Below are positions 39,101-51,934 of a DNA stretch of 64,000 bases, one piece after another. The stretch comes from Eledone cirrhosa. Taxonomy: Eukaryota. Under the pieces are notes generated by a model. That model made no database searches and was not told the DNA's origin. It worked only from the letters and a program-made list of their open reading frames with translations. Location: positions 279,000,001-279,064,000 of the forward strand of contig OZ024740.1 in NCBI GenBank assembly GCA_964016885.1. The letters are read 5' to 3'. The position numbers and the translations under genes are program-made. Positions within the stretch are counted from its first letter, which is position 1, and every line of letters starts with the position of its first letter.

Positions 39101-40338
39101 AAATATTTCTATTAACAAAGAATAATTCTTAATGAGAGAACACAAGTAGCTGTTTTATATATTTCAAGAGCTAGATACGTTGCTCAACTTATTTTACTTC
39201 ACTAGTACTTAGATAAACATTACTATTTAGACTATGTCCTAGCTTTTGACAAGAAAATAAGCACATATATAACAAACCATTTCCTAGACATTCAAATGGT
39301 AAATGTGCTTGAAGACGACATCTTAAAGAAACCAAAACATTACAAAAAAAAAAAAAATCTCCATTTACAAGAGTGGCAATTTTTTCATTAGTTACGTAAC
39401 ATGCAATATTCTAAAATGCTTGTCACTTACTAGATAATACCAGTTGCTGTTTACTAACTTCTATAGAATTCGAAAAAGAAACAGCAGCTGAACATTTATT
39501 TTATTTTCACGTTTAAAGACAAAAGAGAACTATTTGAATAGGAAGAAAAACAAAACCAGTCAACATTGAAAATGTTCACTATTGCGAATGACCTGGTAAA
39601 AACTAACACACGCACACTGAATTTTAAAGCCGTATTTATTCAGCTAAAACTACTTGTTATTTGAATAAAAGTGCATAATGGGAAAGCATACAATATGTAA
39701 CGCGAGGAACCCTGGTGACAACTAAATATGAGTTGACAGAATAAGAAATGCTTGAGCCGAAAATAAAAATTCCTGGATTTATATGCATAACACGAGTAAA
39801 TCAATAACTAAAGTAACAGAATCTTAAAACAATGAATTTAATTCAATACACCTAATGGCGGGAAAACAACGTCAACTAGTATGCTACCTGGTGGTTATTA
39901 AATAGTGAAAAGACCTCTCCAGTTATGGCTGGTATAAGTAAATTCATTAGTGGTCAAGTGGTGATAGATATAGATATTCTTAATCAGACATGAAAACGTT
40001 ATTGCGTAGACCAAAACACCTTACCAGGTAACAATAGTTTGCGTAAACTTCTAATGAAAGTAAGTAAACAATGTTTTGGATCAGTATTTCAAAATAAATA
40101 CTGAAGAAAGCTACGTGACTGTCTAAAATTAGTCTACGCTCATTAGTAGTAAAGACCAACAGTAAATTTAAAAAATAATAATAAAATACCGAAAAGATAG
40201 CTGTTCCCGAGACTTAATCATCTTCAATACTAACTAGGTCAGATAATGTGATTAAAAAAAAAAAAGAACGGAATAAATAACAGAAAACGATACAAACACA
40301 CAGGATAATGGAAACTTTAAAACATTATGCCAGAAAGA

Positions 40339-40354
40339 CGTATCCCAAAGATTA

Positions 40355-40403
<49 letters not shown>
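40339..40403. repeat. (TA)n microsatellite
   Basis: Direct observation. Others: (TA)n 14028-14064, (TG)n 20171-20206, (TAA)n 4894-4925, mixed TA/CA 18940-19025. Confidence 0.95.
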
Positions 40404-40408
<5 letters not shown>

Positions 40409-41192
40409 AAAATTACTCAAAGAAAGTTATTTAATGAAATGATGATCAGTTATTTTTTTACTATCACAAACAGCGTGCGATACGCATGTGTTTATATATA
40501 TATACATACACACAAACACATTCATTTGTACTGAACATCATAAAATCATAAAAGAGAAATGCCACGCTTTATCCACAGACGGTTATTCTTGTAATAAGAG
40601 AAATGTCCATCAGCAGGACTTTACGATATACATTCGTCTACGTAATCAAAGTGAAAAGAAAATAGACAAATGCAGTCGATATGTAGGAGTTTACTGATGG
40701 TTACCGCAATTTTCCACATTAATTCTGCAAAATATCATTGCCTATTCCTTATTACAATTGCTTTAATATTTCCATTTCTATCAACATTCATTAAAAGCAA
40801 AATCAGTTATTACAACATTGCAGACTTGTCTGCTTTTAAAACGCCCGCACCCACAACAAATACCATACAAATACATTATACACATACAAACACATGTATA
40901 TATTGTAAGAAAATTAATATTTACTCAACTATAAATATTGAGTTTTTATTCCCTTTGTAGACTACAAAGATTACTAGATCTGAACAGCATATATGTAATA
41001 TAAAACGTATCATACAAATTACATTTCAAATATGTCGCAATGTAAAGTGATAAATTGCTTTTGCTTTTGTTTGTTATTAATGATGCGGCTGCAACTGCAG
41101 CAGGTGGAGGTGTACGTATTGATGACATATATATACATAAATTTCTTTTTTTTTTTTTTATCTTTTAAAAAGTGATGGAAAATATTACTTAC

Positions 41193-42472
41193 AGAGGCAT
41201 GTCTTGGGGTTTCTTTTCAGTGTCCACTTCGCCAAACTCGCATTCATCAGCGCTTTCACCACCAGAACTGCTTTCCGTAGCATCCGAGTCCAGCGATGAT
41301 TCCATATGCCTGAGAGCAGTGTTCAACTGACATGCGACGCGTTCAGTTTCCTCACATGTCGCCTTGTCCAGCTTCAGCACGCTATTTGAGTCGATCTTGG
41401 TCGAGACGTTCTGTATCAGCCTCTGATGACCGATCGAAATCGGCTGAGATGACTGCAGTTTTCTGACCAAGTTCACCAAGGCTGCAGTGGATAAATTCCG
41501 TACGTCTTCACTCTGCAGCAACTCCGTCTTCAGATCAGCGACGGCTACATTGCTGGGACCGGGCGAATTGATGGATTTAGCCATACTCTGCAGGTTTTTA
41601 TGTTGTTTATTAACAAAACCAGCTAACTGATGTCTGATGTGGTGTTCCAGCTGCCTGCCTTGGATTCGACGAAGCCGTTTCAGCAAAGTATTTGCTTTTT
41701 TTTCTAAATTGCATTGAAATTTATCCACTTGCCGTTGGGCAGTCTGCAGATCAAGGCCACCTTCAATACTCCTTCCGGATCCACTAATGCTCTCATTACA
41801 AGGTTTATCAATGGCGTTTGTATTCATGTTGTTTACGATTAATGCTGACGTTTTCGACGAACCTTCATGAGATCGTTGTAATTTAGACGCCAAAATGGAG
41901 AGAGAATTCTGAAGGCGCTGCTGAGGATATTCACTGAAACAAACGCTAGATATATTACTAGTATTATTAGTAATTGTTGTTGTAGTGGTGGTGGTAGTAG
42001 TAGTGGTAAGACTGTTTTTACTGTTAATATTATTCATAGCCAAAGATCCTCGCGGTGGAAATGAGCTCTGTCGATTCATTTGATTCCTGGTATTTGTGGA
42101 ATTGTTAACTCCTTCTTTTCTCGCGGCAGCAACCTCGTTCCGATGATAGGGTTCCTTGGACAGGTTTCGAATAACTTTCAGGTGAACTAACCTACCACCA
42201 GTCGCGGCAACAGACGTGTTGCCGACTACTGGCTTTGCCAAACCTCCGTTGACGTTCTGCAGGTACGTTAGACCAGACAGGGCGGGTTTCCCGAACCCTT
42301 TTTCCAATGGTGATCTGGCCACGGAACTGCTGAACTCTTCTTTCGCCCCAATTGTTGGTTTTTTATCCCGACCGTTGAGCAGGCTGCAATCTGTGGAAGA
42401 GGGTGGCGAAAGAGGCAGCTTAATGTGTGCTTGTGTGGCCGCTTCCGTGAGCGCTGGCGCCATAGCGGCCAT
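41193..42472 (-). CDS. KANSL1: KANSL1 first coding exon (KAT8 regulatory NSL complex subunit 1)
   Basis: Within ORF 41189..42505. N-terminus MAAMAPALTEAATQAHIKLPLSPPSS and the coiled-coil plus LDSDATESSSGGES motif resemble vertebrate KANSL1 as I recall it. ATG at 42472; donor CT|GTAAGT at 41192-41187 (phase 2). Confidence 0.93.
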
Positions 42473-42794
42473 GCACCATACCCTTAGCGGCAAAGGGCTG
42501 CACATAAAAGTCCGTTAAATGAGCACATAAAGTGGAGTAACACTAAAAAGAATGCACGACTGATTTCAAGACCCAGTTAGAGTCGAGGATTGAAAAACAA
42601 ATTATATATAGATTCATATATTTCCGTACAAAAGGACCACTTAACACTTTTTGTAGTGGTAATCCTACAGCATTTTCATTATTATTATATCACTCAAATA
42701 AAATTAAGCACGTGATTCGTGTCATTTTGCAAAATCGTAAGGCCACATTAGCCATTCTGAATGAAAATAAGGCGGAAAGGGATCATACTCGAAT
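42473..42794 (-). other. KANSL1: Probable 5' UTR part of the first coding exon
   Basis: Strong acceptor tttttttattcctttcAG at 42796-42795; an alternative weaker acceptor ctttttAG lies at 42544-42543. Confidence 0.55.
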
Positions 42795-43289
42795 CTGAAA
42801 GGAATAAAAAAATATATATATATATATACACATAAATATATAACACTCACAAACATTCACCATGGTATTTTACACAAATGCGTGCATATATACATACACA
42901 CACATCTATAATGGCAGGCATACACGAGGAGATTATGTATCTTAAAACGTAGATTTTTACAATTTACATAATAATATAAAGAACTAAGAACACAAATGAT
43001 TATTGAAAAGCTATTAAAAAAAAAACCGAAATAAAACCAGGAAAACTACCAGTTTTAAAAGAGATAATGCTCTTACTACATACGTAACAAAAGATCTTGA
43101 TAGGCTGACATTTGTGGTGGGGGAGGGATTTGGGTGGGTTTATTATTTTTTTCTTTCATATTTTTAAAATCTTTTTTTTTGTAAAGATTTACAACTGAAT
43201 TGAATAGCTCTAAATGATAACAGGAATATTAGGAAAAAATAAAAAAGAAAGGAATCAAACAAATAAATAAATAAAAATAGGTTTCGCAA

Positions 43290-44310
43290 GTACCACGTGA
43301 TTTCGCCACGTACCCTAGGTGGTTCGAGCAGGAGGTGCTCTGCTAAATAACAAGCAGTTGGGTGAGAGTTGGTTGTTCGTAGTCGTAGCCGTCGTCTTCG
43401 TCTTCTCCGCCAACAGCACGGCAACGAAAAACTAATCCATTCTGTTTTGTACTGTAAAGAAACAGACTTTTGTTTTTCATAAAGACCCCTCGGCTTCGTA
43501 AAATCCTTGAAGGGAGTGAACAGACGCCAAAACTATATTGTAATATGTTTGTGTGTAGATGTATGCATATAATAACTGTATATATAGACCGTGTTGTATG
43601 TGTGTGTGTGTGTGTGCGAGACGATTTCTTTTTCCCACCTCCACTTGTGTTCCGTATGGAATTAAATGGGAGGGGGTAGTTACTTGACCAAACCTTGATT
43701 ACTTGCTTTAGTAAACAGATATAAGGGTTGTTGTTTTTTCTTTCCACAATGAAATGATGTTGATGAGGAAGTTGGTAGGTCTAATAAACAACTAAGTGCA
43801 CAAACATCATCTCGGTTCTCATAAGATCAGTGTTTCGTCGTCAGAACGTCACCTTCCCCCGTTTATTGAGAAGGAGGCGGTCATGGCGCCGGTGGAAAAG
43901 CTGTTTTTGCTTTATGTTATATTAGTTCGGTCAGTCTTTCACTCTCCCTCCCTATGTAAGTATGTGTTTATATCTCTGTCCCTCTCTCTATCTATCTATC
44001 ACACTTCCTATCCTTCTCTCTTCATAGAACACTATACTGTCAGTGGCAGTGGCAGCAGCAGCAGTAGTATGTACTCCATAAAGGCATCATGGCGTCGTTC
44101 TGAGTTTAAGTAAATGAGTGAGCGAGACAGAGAGGGAGAATGTAAAGAAGGCCGTCATCCTAAACCTTAAACTGTAGGATAATAATAGCTCCTCGATCAT
44201 GCTATAGGACAAGTAGAGAACGAGACAGCGTTTCGATTGGACACAGCGCTGTTTCGATTGGCTAAGAGCAGTGGCTCTAGCGACATTGCATTTACTTTAC
44301 GTACTCCCCG
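43290..44310 (-). promoter_or_regulatory. CpG-rich promoter / non-coding first exon region of KANSL1
   Basis: Local CpG/GC enrichment. Minus-strand donors AGG|GTACGT (43313) and AAG|GTGACG (43852). CGCCAT (YY1-like) motifs near 43885 and 44090. Two CCAAT boxes (ATTGG at 44236 and 44257). Confidence 0.6.
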
Positions 44311-45279
44311 TTCGTCACTTATACAGATAGTCAATGAAACACATTAACTTAGCAGCTAGATACCGAGCTGTTTAAATAATAGGAAAACATCGATATTTTT
44401 CCAGGTTTAATAATTCAAATATGATATAGAATTTATAATGGTTAATGCCAAATCTAAATACGCATACACATATTTAGAAATATCGTTATTATATATTTTT
44501 TTATGAGGGGAGGGTGGCTTCCGCTTGTTGGATGATACTCGAACAGTGAAAGACGGGACGAGGTAATCGTTGAAATCATGGCTGACTTAAATTTTAGGTT
44601 GGCCGGTCTTGCCATTTCGCGATCTCATTATTATCGACAGTGCTTACAACAGAAGTAAGTAACATGCTAAATGTGTTTGATTCCAATCCGATGAGAAACT
44701 ATTTTAGCTGAAATTACTTTCTATCATTTTATACCTAACCGAGTTTATTCAAGTATATATAGATTGACGTAAATAACGTAGACATTTCATACCATTACTA
44801 ATGATAAGTTTTTTTTTTTTTTTTAATAGTAATAACAGAAGTAGTAGCAGCAGTATATCTACTTTGTTTATTATATTGATATAAATAGGTCCTGGAAGTG
44901 CTCATTTTCATAAATATAAAACCAGCGGTATTTCATACGCAATATAAATATCCAAGTAAAAGAAAATACGTGAAGACAATAAAATAAAACGAAAAAAGGA
45001 TTCCCTATCTGAATGTAAATTTTAAAAAAGGCTATATGATACAACTGTCGATCCATGCGTAACTAATGCTATTTAAGAAAAATAATTCGAGCGACCTTGC
45101 CGGAAATAAGATCCATATTTATTAGTCATGACTGATGCAGCAGTGCCTGATCCGTGTTGCGAACCACTCTGACGAAGCCAAGTCTCACAGGAAATGATAA
45201 GTAGTTCAAAAAGCAACTGGAGTTTGGTTTTTGTTCTTCCTTTCCATCAAGAAACAACGGCTTCATATTTTAAAAACCA

Positions 45280-45457
45280 GCGAGGGAGCCTCTATGCGGT
45301 CGCTCAACTTGCTAGAGATAGCAACTAAATCTTCGAATACAATATGTTCTTTTTTTTTTTTTCAATGTAGTCCCCCGATATGAAAAAGACGATAGTATTG
45401 ACCAGAATGCCTTGTTCGTAGGTCTCCTTAATCAGAACTGACCTAGGGCTAAACAAT
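45280..45457 (-). repeat. Representative of an unclassified dispersed ~150-200 bp repeat
   Basis: Shared motif gatttggctgctatttctagcag..gagcgacc, also at ~4860, 19480-19655, 20335-20520, 25010-25180, 36590-36720, 38040-38110, 46765-46850, 49420-49550, 54110-54270 and 57850-57915. Confidence 0.7.
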
Positions 45458-48359
45458 AGTGACCCTTATAGCAGGAGAAAGCATTTTCTGACAAATAAAT
45501 GATTCTTTTTCTCACTAGTTATCAAAGAAAATAGAATGAAAACGTTGAATAAAAAAAAAAGAAATAATAAGCGTTGGTGATTGATAACAAAAAGCCCTAA
45601 ATTTTAGCAGCCTTTCTTGTTTATTGATCACCACAAGGGTTAAATAGAAAGTTCATAAGCTTTCCTTTCATGGCGCTTGTATATTTACACCATTAAAATA
45701 TTACATGCATGCACTACTGTTAGTGCACAAAGCATCTTCTACTCTCTGCTTATCCTATTTAATGTAATCTTTAATGTTCTTGAATTAACCAAATAATTTT
45801 AGTAACTAAAAAAATAAATAAATAAAATGTCGAAGGACATCTAACATTCACACACCACATTTCGTGCATGTGTTATACATAGATAATGTGCATTGGCACA
45901 TTTTCAGTCTGTGAGTATATGTTTTATATATAGCTGTATGAAATTATATATATATATACACATACAACCACACATTGTCAACATAAGGTGTAATAATTAG
46001 ACAATTAGCAGCTTGACAGCACAGAGGAGCTGGCAAAGGCGGCTTCACATTTTTAATATATCATTGGGGTTTTTTCCGTGGGCAAGAATTCATAATATAT
46101 TACGTTAAGTTTCTATTTTTCCTGTTCTGTGTTATTATTTCAGTATTCAATTCTAGGCTAAGTAAAATTCCGACTACCTAAATGTTAAAGGAACCTTTTG
46201 ATAATATATATCTCCTACCACCTCTTGCAATTAGGAAATTTACTTTATAACATCTTTGTTTGAATTTCCGTCCTAATCTTGCGCTTTCACATTAATTTTA
46301 TCTTTCACTCAACGCTGTTCGCAGGCGTGGTCGAATCAGCTTTGGATAAAAAGTTTCCGAGGCAAAACGGGGAAAATATTATTAATAACAATAATTATTA
46401 ATGATTAGATCCAACGTTTTAGTGATAAAAATGTTCCGTTATTTGTACACATTACTATAAGGTTTTAACTTCTAGAAAGTTAAATAGCATTCTCCGATAT
46501 TCTAGAAGCAAAATTATCTGGTGCGTGGGTAAAAGAAAGGAAGAAAAAATAGCTAGAGCTATGATGAATCTCTATGTCTAAAATGGACAGCAATGATTAT
46601 ATTAGTGTTATCCGTGTTCATTTAAACATTTTAAAAGAATTATTTTACTAATTATTAGGGTAAGAAATAAAACCAAATGTTATCGAAGATAATTTGCTGC
46701 TTGCTTCCAAATTGAAATGGAATCTTTAGTTTAATATACATGACTTAGCTTATTCGAGTTGAGAGCCACTGTGTGGTCGCTTGACCTGTTACAAAATAAC
46801 AGCCAAATACTCCTCAAATCATACCCTACAACCTTAAAAAATGAAAGGACACTGTGAAACAATATAGTATAGAATTTTCGGCAGGAATGTGATTTTAGTG
46901 AAATATCATTCTTTTATCTATGATAATTTTTTTAGAGCACTGGGATGTGTTTGATTCCAGCTAGGACTAAAATATATCAATATAGTTGATTGAAACTGGT
47001 ATATTACTGATACATACTTGAAAATGCGAAAAGCAAAGAAATATTGTGAAATATGATAATTAAAAAAAATCTTTCCAAAGGGGTAAAGGAGGAATAGGCA
47101 ACGTGATATAAATACATTACTGGGAATTATTTGATCGGCTTCAAGAAAAAAAATATAAGTCGACTTATATGGGATTTGAACTAAAAACCCGAAGCGCCAA
47201 ATTAAATATAAGGTCATTGAAAATCAATCTTTCTATTGACTGCATCAATTCCAAGGCTCTGATAATAATTCATACATTGGCATGAAAACGAAGGTTATAG
47301 TGCGATAAAAGCAAATACGTTGTAATATTCATACCTTTCCCAAGGGCATTAACGACGTACATAAAATCATTTAAACTGCCAATCGAAACCGGGTCGCGGA
47401 GTCGAAGCGTTGGGAATTTATCCCCATCACTACCACATTACAAATAACGGTACCCTTCATTCACAACACTATTTACTGATTTTAGTCGAAAACACATTTT
47501 TACATATGATAATACGTAGAAATGTATCTATCGTTTATAGAACAACAAATTATAGAAAATCTAATTATGATATTAAATATGCACTAGATTCATTAGCTTC
47601 TCGATAGCGAAGCCTAAGTGAATTATACAAAGGGAAATAATTTGGTTCGATTGTTAATATTTGCCACTAATCTTACAAATTACTAAATTCCTAATTTTTT
47701 GTTGTTATAAAAAAAAAAATAAAGAATAAATTAAATATACACCTTATAAAAGAAAACAAAAATGTATAATTAAAAATGTTGATGCTAATTAAATCAAAAA
47801 TATGTAAAACATTCGATTTTTCCGATGTCACTATTGGGACTTCACGGTTTTGTCTTTTCAAAAGATTCAACATGTTATTTATCTGCATAACGTTTTACTT
47901 TTTCTTTTCTTTTCAAAATTAGGATGAAGCATTTTCAATTCTTTCTGTTTCGGATACATTTCAAAACAAGATATCCAGATATTTTTAAAACCATGAAGTG
48001 GTTAAATGTCATCGGTTATAAGTTTGTAAGAAAAAAAAATGTCAACACTCAAGTGTGCTAATTCATTCTTGAAAGGCAAAGTTCATGTGTTAGGACGATA
48101 AGATTTTTTCATTGTGTTAACTAACCCACGGCTCATTTGATGTAATCATAATCGTACATGAGAATAGTTAAAGAAAATTACACGATAAAATGAAATCAAG
48201 AATAATTATTGCATGCGTTATGTAATTTTATATATATATATATAAATTACATAACACAAGAAAATTATTCTTGATTATATATATATACATACGTGTGTGT
48301 ATTTTTTATTTTGCAGAAGTGCCAAGATAGTGCTCAATAATAATTATCTCCCTTATACC

Positions 48360-48391
<32 letters not shown>

Positions 48392-51300
48392 TTGTATTAT
48401 AGCGTCGAATTTGAAGGAAATATAATCGAGTCAAAAAATAATTTAATAAACAATTGTAGAGTGTTGAAATACATCTAATTAAAAATTGATTATGCTTAGA
48501 ACTAACAAGAAGGAGAGTTAATTTTAAAGAAAAAAACCTTCTTTAGAATGGGGGCAACGATAGTATATGTTTTAGATAGTAATAAACGTGTGTATGCAAA
48601 TTCTGTAATTTTTTATAACAAGCCGATTAAAATGTTATAAGTGCATACAGAACTAACGATATTTTCTCAAAAATCGTTTCTGTATTGATTATGAAAATAT
48701 ATGGAATTAAAGCAAGAATTTATAATGGAAATATGACAATGATTGCATCCAGTAATCTAATTACTGGTTACCCAAATGTTTTTCTAACACTTTAAATTTT
48801 CATCTGCCTATTTAACCTAAGCTATAATAGTTTTGAAACGTTGTAGTATAATACGAACCAAGGGAAATAACAAAACAACTGGTTCGTTGATCCTAAGTTA
48901 TATATCTCATTGCAAATGTGTGATGGTTGTCAACTTAAGAATAGATCGTTTCTCTTTTTAGGAAACATACCTATTGATTAGTATCCTAATTTGAGGTGAT
49001 ACAAATCAATAAATTCTGGTCTATAGTTTGAATATTTAAAAATTGATTTTGCAACTGAAACAAAACAATTCCAAAACAACAAATACTGGTATTTGGTTTC
49101 AAAAATCTGACAACTATTGTTATTTTAAATATCACACTAAATTGTATTGTTGCAAATAGCTCATTTGTAAAATGCTTGTTTGTATATTCAATATTTGATT
49201 ATTCCACACAGATATTTGCATGTATGTTTATAGAAATGATTTTTTTAGGATGTGGTGCAGTTTGAAATGTAAGTAGTTGGAATAACTTGATCAAGGAAGA
49301 AAACAATTTGAAATATGAAAATTCTAAACAAAACTGTACATAATCTTGTCTCTTCACAACAGAATCCAGTTAAGAATGTATTACAATCTAACACCAGGAA
49401 AACTATATTTAAGGATGATGGTTGAGCAGGTCTATGATAAAAGAAGTTCCAGCCATTGCCATCCCATTTTGTTTTAAACAGGACTACACTGTCCAATATT
49501 TCCTTACTTTTTAAAGAGAGTAAGGTGTAATTTGACAGGTGTGGTTGCTATTTATAATTGTTAATTTCAAAGATGCATTGCACTCTGGGCTGCATTATTC
49601 AATGTCTTTGTTTTCCAAGACAGCAGAGAAGACAAACATTAAAAGATGATGAGTGTGGTTTCAATTAAATTTGGCTATTATTTTTAGTATGGAGACACTC
49701 ATGTATGTAATGATGCTATATGTATTGATACTCTATACATAAATGAACTATTAAGGTAATATTAATGAGTCAATCCACTATGCAGATTATCTTCTTTAAT
49801 AAGCAAAATTCTATTTTAACAAATTATAAATTCCCTGTATATCTTCAGTGTAATTAGTAAAAAAGTAAATCGAACTAATCAGGCTAGAAAACACATGGTC
49901 TTTATCTCTCTCAATTGTTTTCTTTTTTTTAAGCCAAATGCATTTTGCTATTTTGTACTCGTTTCCCGTGCTAACATGGATGGTATAAATTAAGTTAACT
50001 TGAACATTTATATATAATTGGAACAAATGCTTTACAGATGTATATCGGTTCCCTCGATGCAACTGGCTTCCCGTCACAACTGGAGCCAGCTGGCCTCCAC
50101 TGCGGTGATAATTCTCTTCCCATTCACGGGAGAGAAATCCCTAAATTGGGAAGCCACGCACAGCGACTCGTTCTCCGCCTCCAACCATGTTCCGTCGGTC
50201 GCAAACTTAGGGCGCCACCGGATGCAATGCAGAGAGGATAATGACCAAATACTGAGACTTGACCGACCGCTTCCTTTTCTTGCTGGTCGCCGTCGAAGCA
50301 TCATGTGTAATCAGTCACGGAAAGAGCACCCTGAAATACGGTCGTTGCTGCAACGAGTGTCGCTGAAGCATGCCGCTCGTGATGAATTGTGCAGTCTGTT
50401 GCTTCGTCCCACTTGCCTTTTCTTTCGTTGCTTAATTTCTCTTTTCTATTATTATTTATCTCCCTTAGACCATCTGGTACTAGGTAAACTTAAGATATGG
50501 AAGGTTGTATATTGTGTACTGGGACAATACAATAACAAGGTTTAGAATCACAACAAATGGTAACTAGTCTAGTGCCTTAATTTTGCAGGTTTTTTTGTCA
50601 AAATAATTAAACTAGAGAAAACTAGACAGAATACTTGGTCAGTGTAAATTAAGCTACTTAAATTTTTCATCAAATTCAAAGAATTCAAAACAAAGAACTA
50701 GACAGCTATGATTTTGTGAAACATTCAAATCAACTATAACATTTGCGTGATTAACACATATTAAGATACAGGATTTTGAAGCTAAGGACATTGCAGATAA
50801 AAGCAGTGTTTAAAATTCTGAAGGTGGGGGAGGGGCATAGTTTCAAATCTGATACAAGAATTGTTATTTGCATCAGTTGCAAATCCACAAGTTAGTGAAA
50901 GCCCATTCGTTAAAAAACAAAAGGATGGCTAACGTTAAGAAAATAACTGCAAAGATTTGAATTTGCAGAACCATCAAACATTTAAAATGATGTGGAGAGT
51001 AGAGGATCATGTAAAAGTCTTATACTTTATAGTAAAGCAATAGATAACAAATGCTATATTCCTACATGAGAATAATTGACATTTTAAACTTAGGTTCCAA
51101 TTCTTTCATCCTGCTGAAATTAAGGCACTAGTCAAATAATGGTTCAATTTCATCAACTTCTCCCTCAACAAGTAACCATGTCATCTTGTACCTATGTTAG
51201 AAATCATTATTAATTTTTTTGATAAGCAAACTGCCCTAATTTTATGTAAGAACCTTTATTAAAAAGACACCAGCTTAATGAGAACGTTATTTATATTACT

Positions 51301-51695
51301 AATACCAAAAGAAAAAAAATTATTTTCAAAATCATTTCATTAGAAATATGGTAATGAAAGGGTAAAAGTATGAAAAATTACCGAATAAGAAAGGAATATC
51401 AAGAATCTACTCCCAGTTCAAACTTAAATCTACAAAGACATTTGTCAAATTGATGCTGTATTTGTATATTTCGCATAAGACTTAGAAGCTCACATCAGTC
51501 AAGACACTTTCTCACTTTAACCAGATAAGTACAAATATAGCCTCTGTATTTAAGGAGTTTAACATCTCGAGCTAAATTTCATCCTACCCTACCTTGCCAC
51601 ATTTGAGTGCTTTAATTGCTCTGGTGACCTCAGCCTCTGAGAGGCTTGTCTTCACTCCTAGATGCACCTCATGTTAATCAGATGTTGTGACTGAA

Positions 51696-51907
51696 TTAAC
51701 CCTTTAACATTCAAACCGGCTGTACCCGGCCATAATTCTCTCACCCCTTTCTGTTCAAGCCAGCCCTAACTAGCCTCTCATACAGATGTCAAAATAAATA
51801 ATATGAAAATCTCATTGATTCAATATTATGTGAGATATTTTAAGATAAAGCCTTTACTGCAAAAATACAATAGTAAATATAGAATAATGTAAATGCTAAA
51901 GGGTTAA
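51696..51907 (+). mobile_element. piggyBac-type MITE, copy 6
   Basis: TTAA ccctttaacattc ... aaatgctaaaggg TTAA. Confidence 0.85.
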
Positions 51908-51934
51908 GGAGATCAGCTAAGTATTCTCTCCATC

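Larger units (their letters stand above)
13447..41192 (-). other. KANSL1: KANSL1 ~27.7 kb phase-2 intron
   Basis: GT..AG ends; the flanking exons join in frame and restore the expected continuous protein sequence. Confidence 0.88.

Noticed and set aside
50038-50425. 7SK, U3, RNase P/MRP, SRP or telomerase RNA identity for the GC island
   Set aside because: No paired GAUC motifs, no U3 box A, no P4 consensus, no Alu domain, and no CUAACCCUAA template or P6.1; only superficial partial resemblances.
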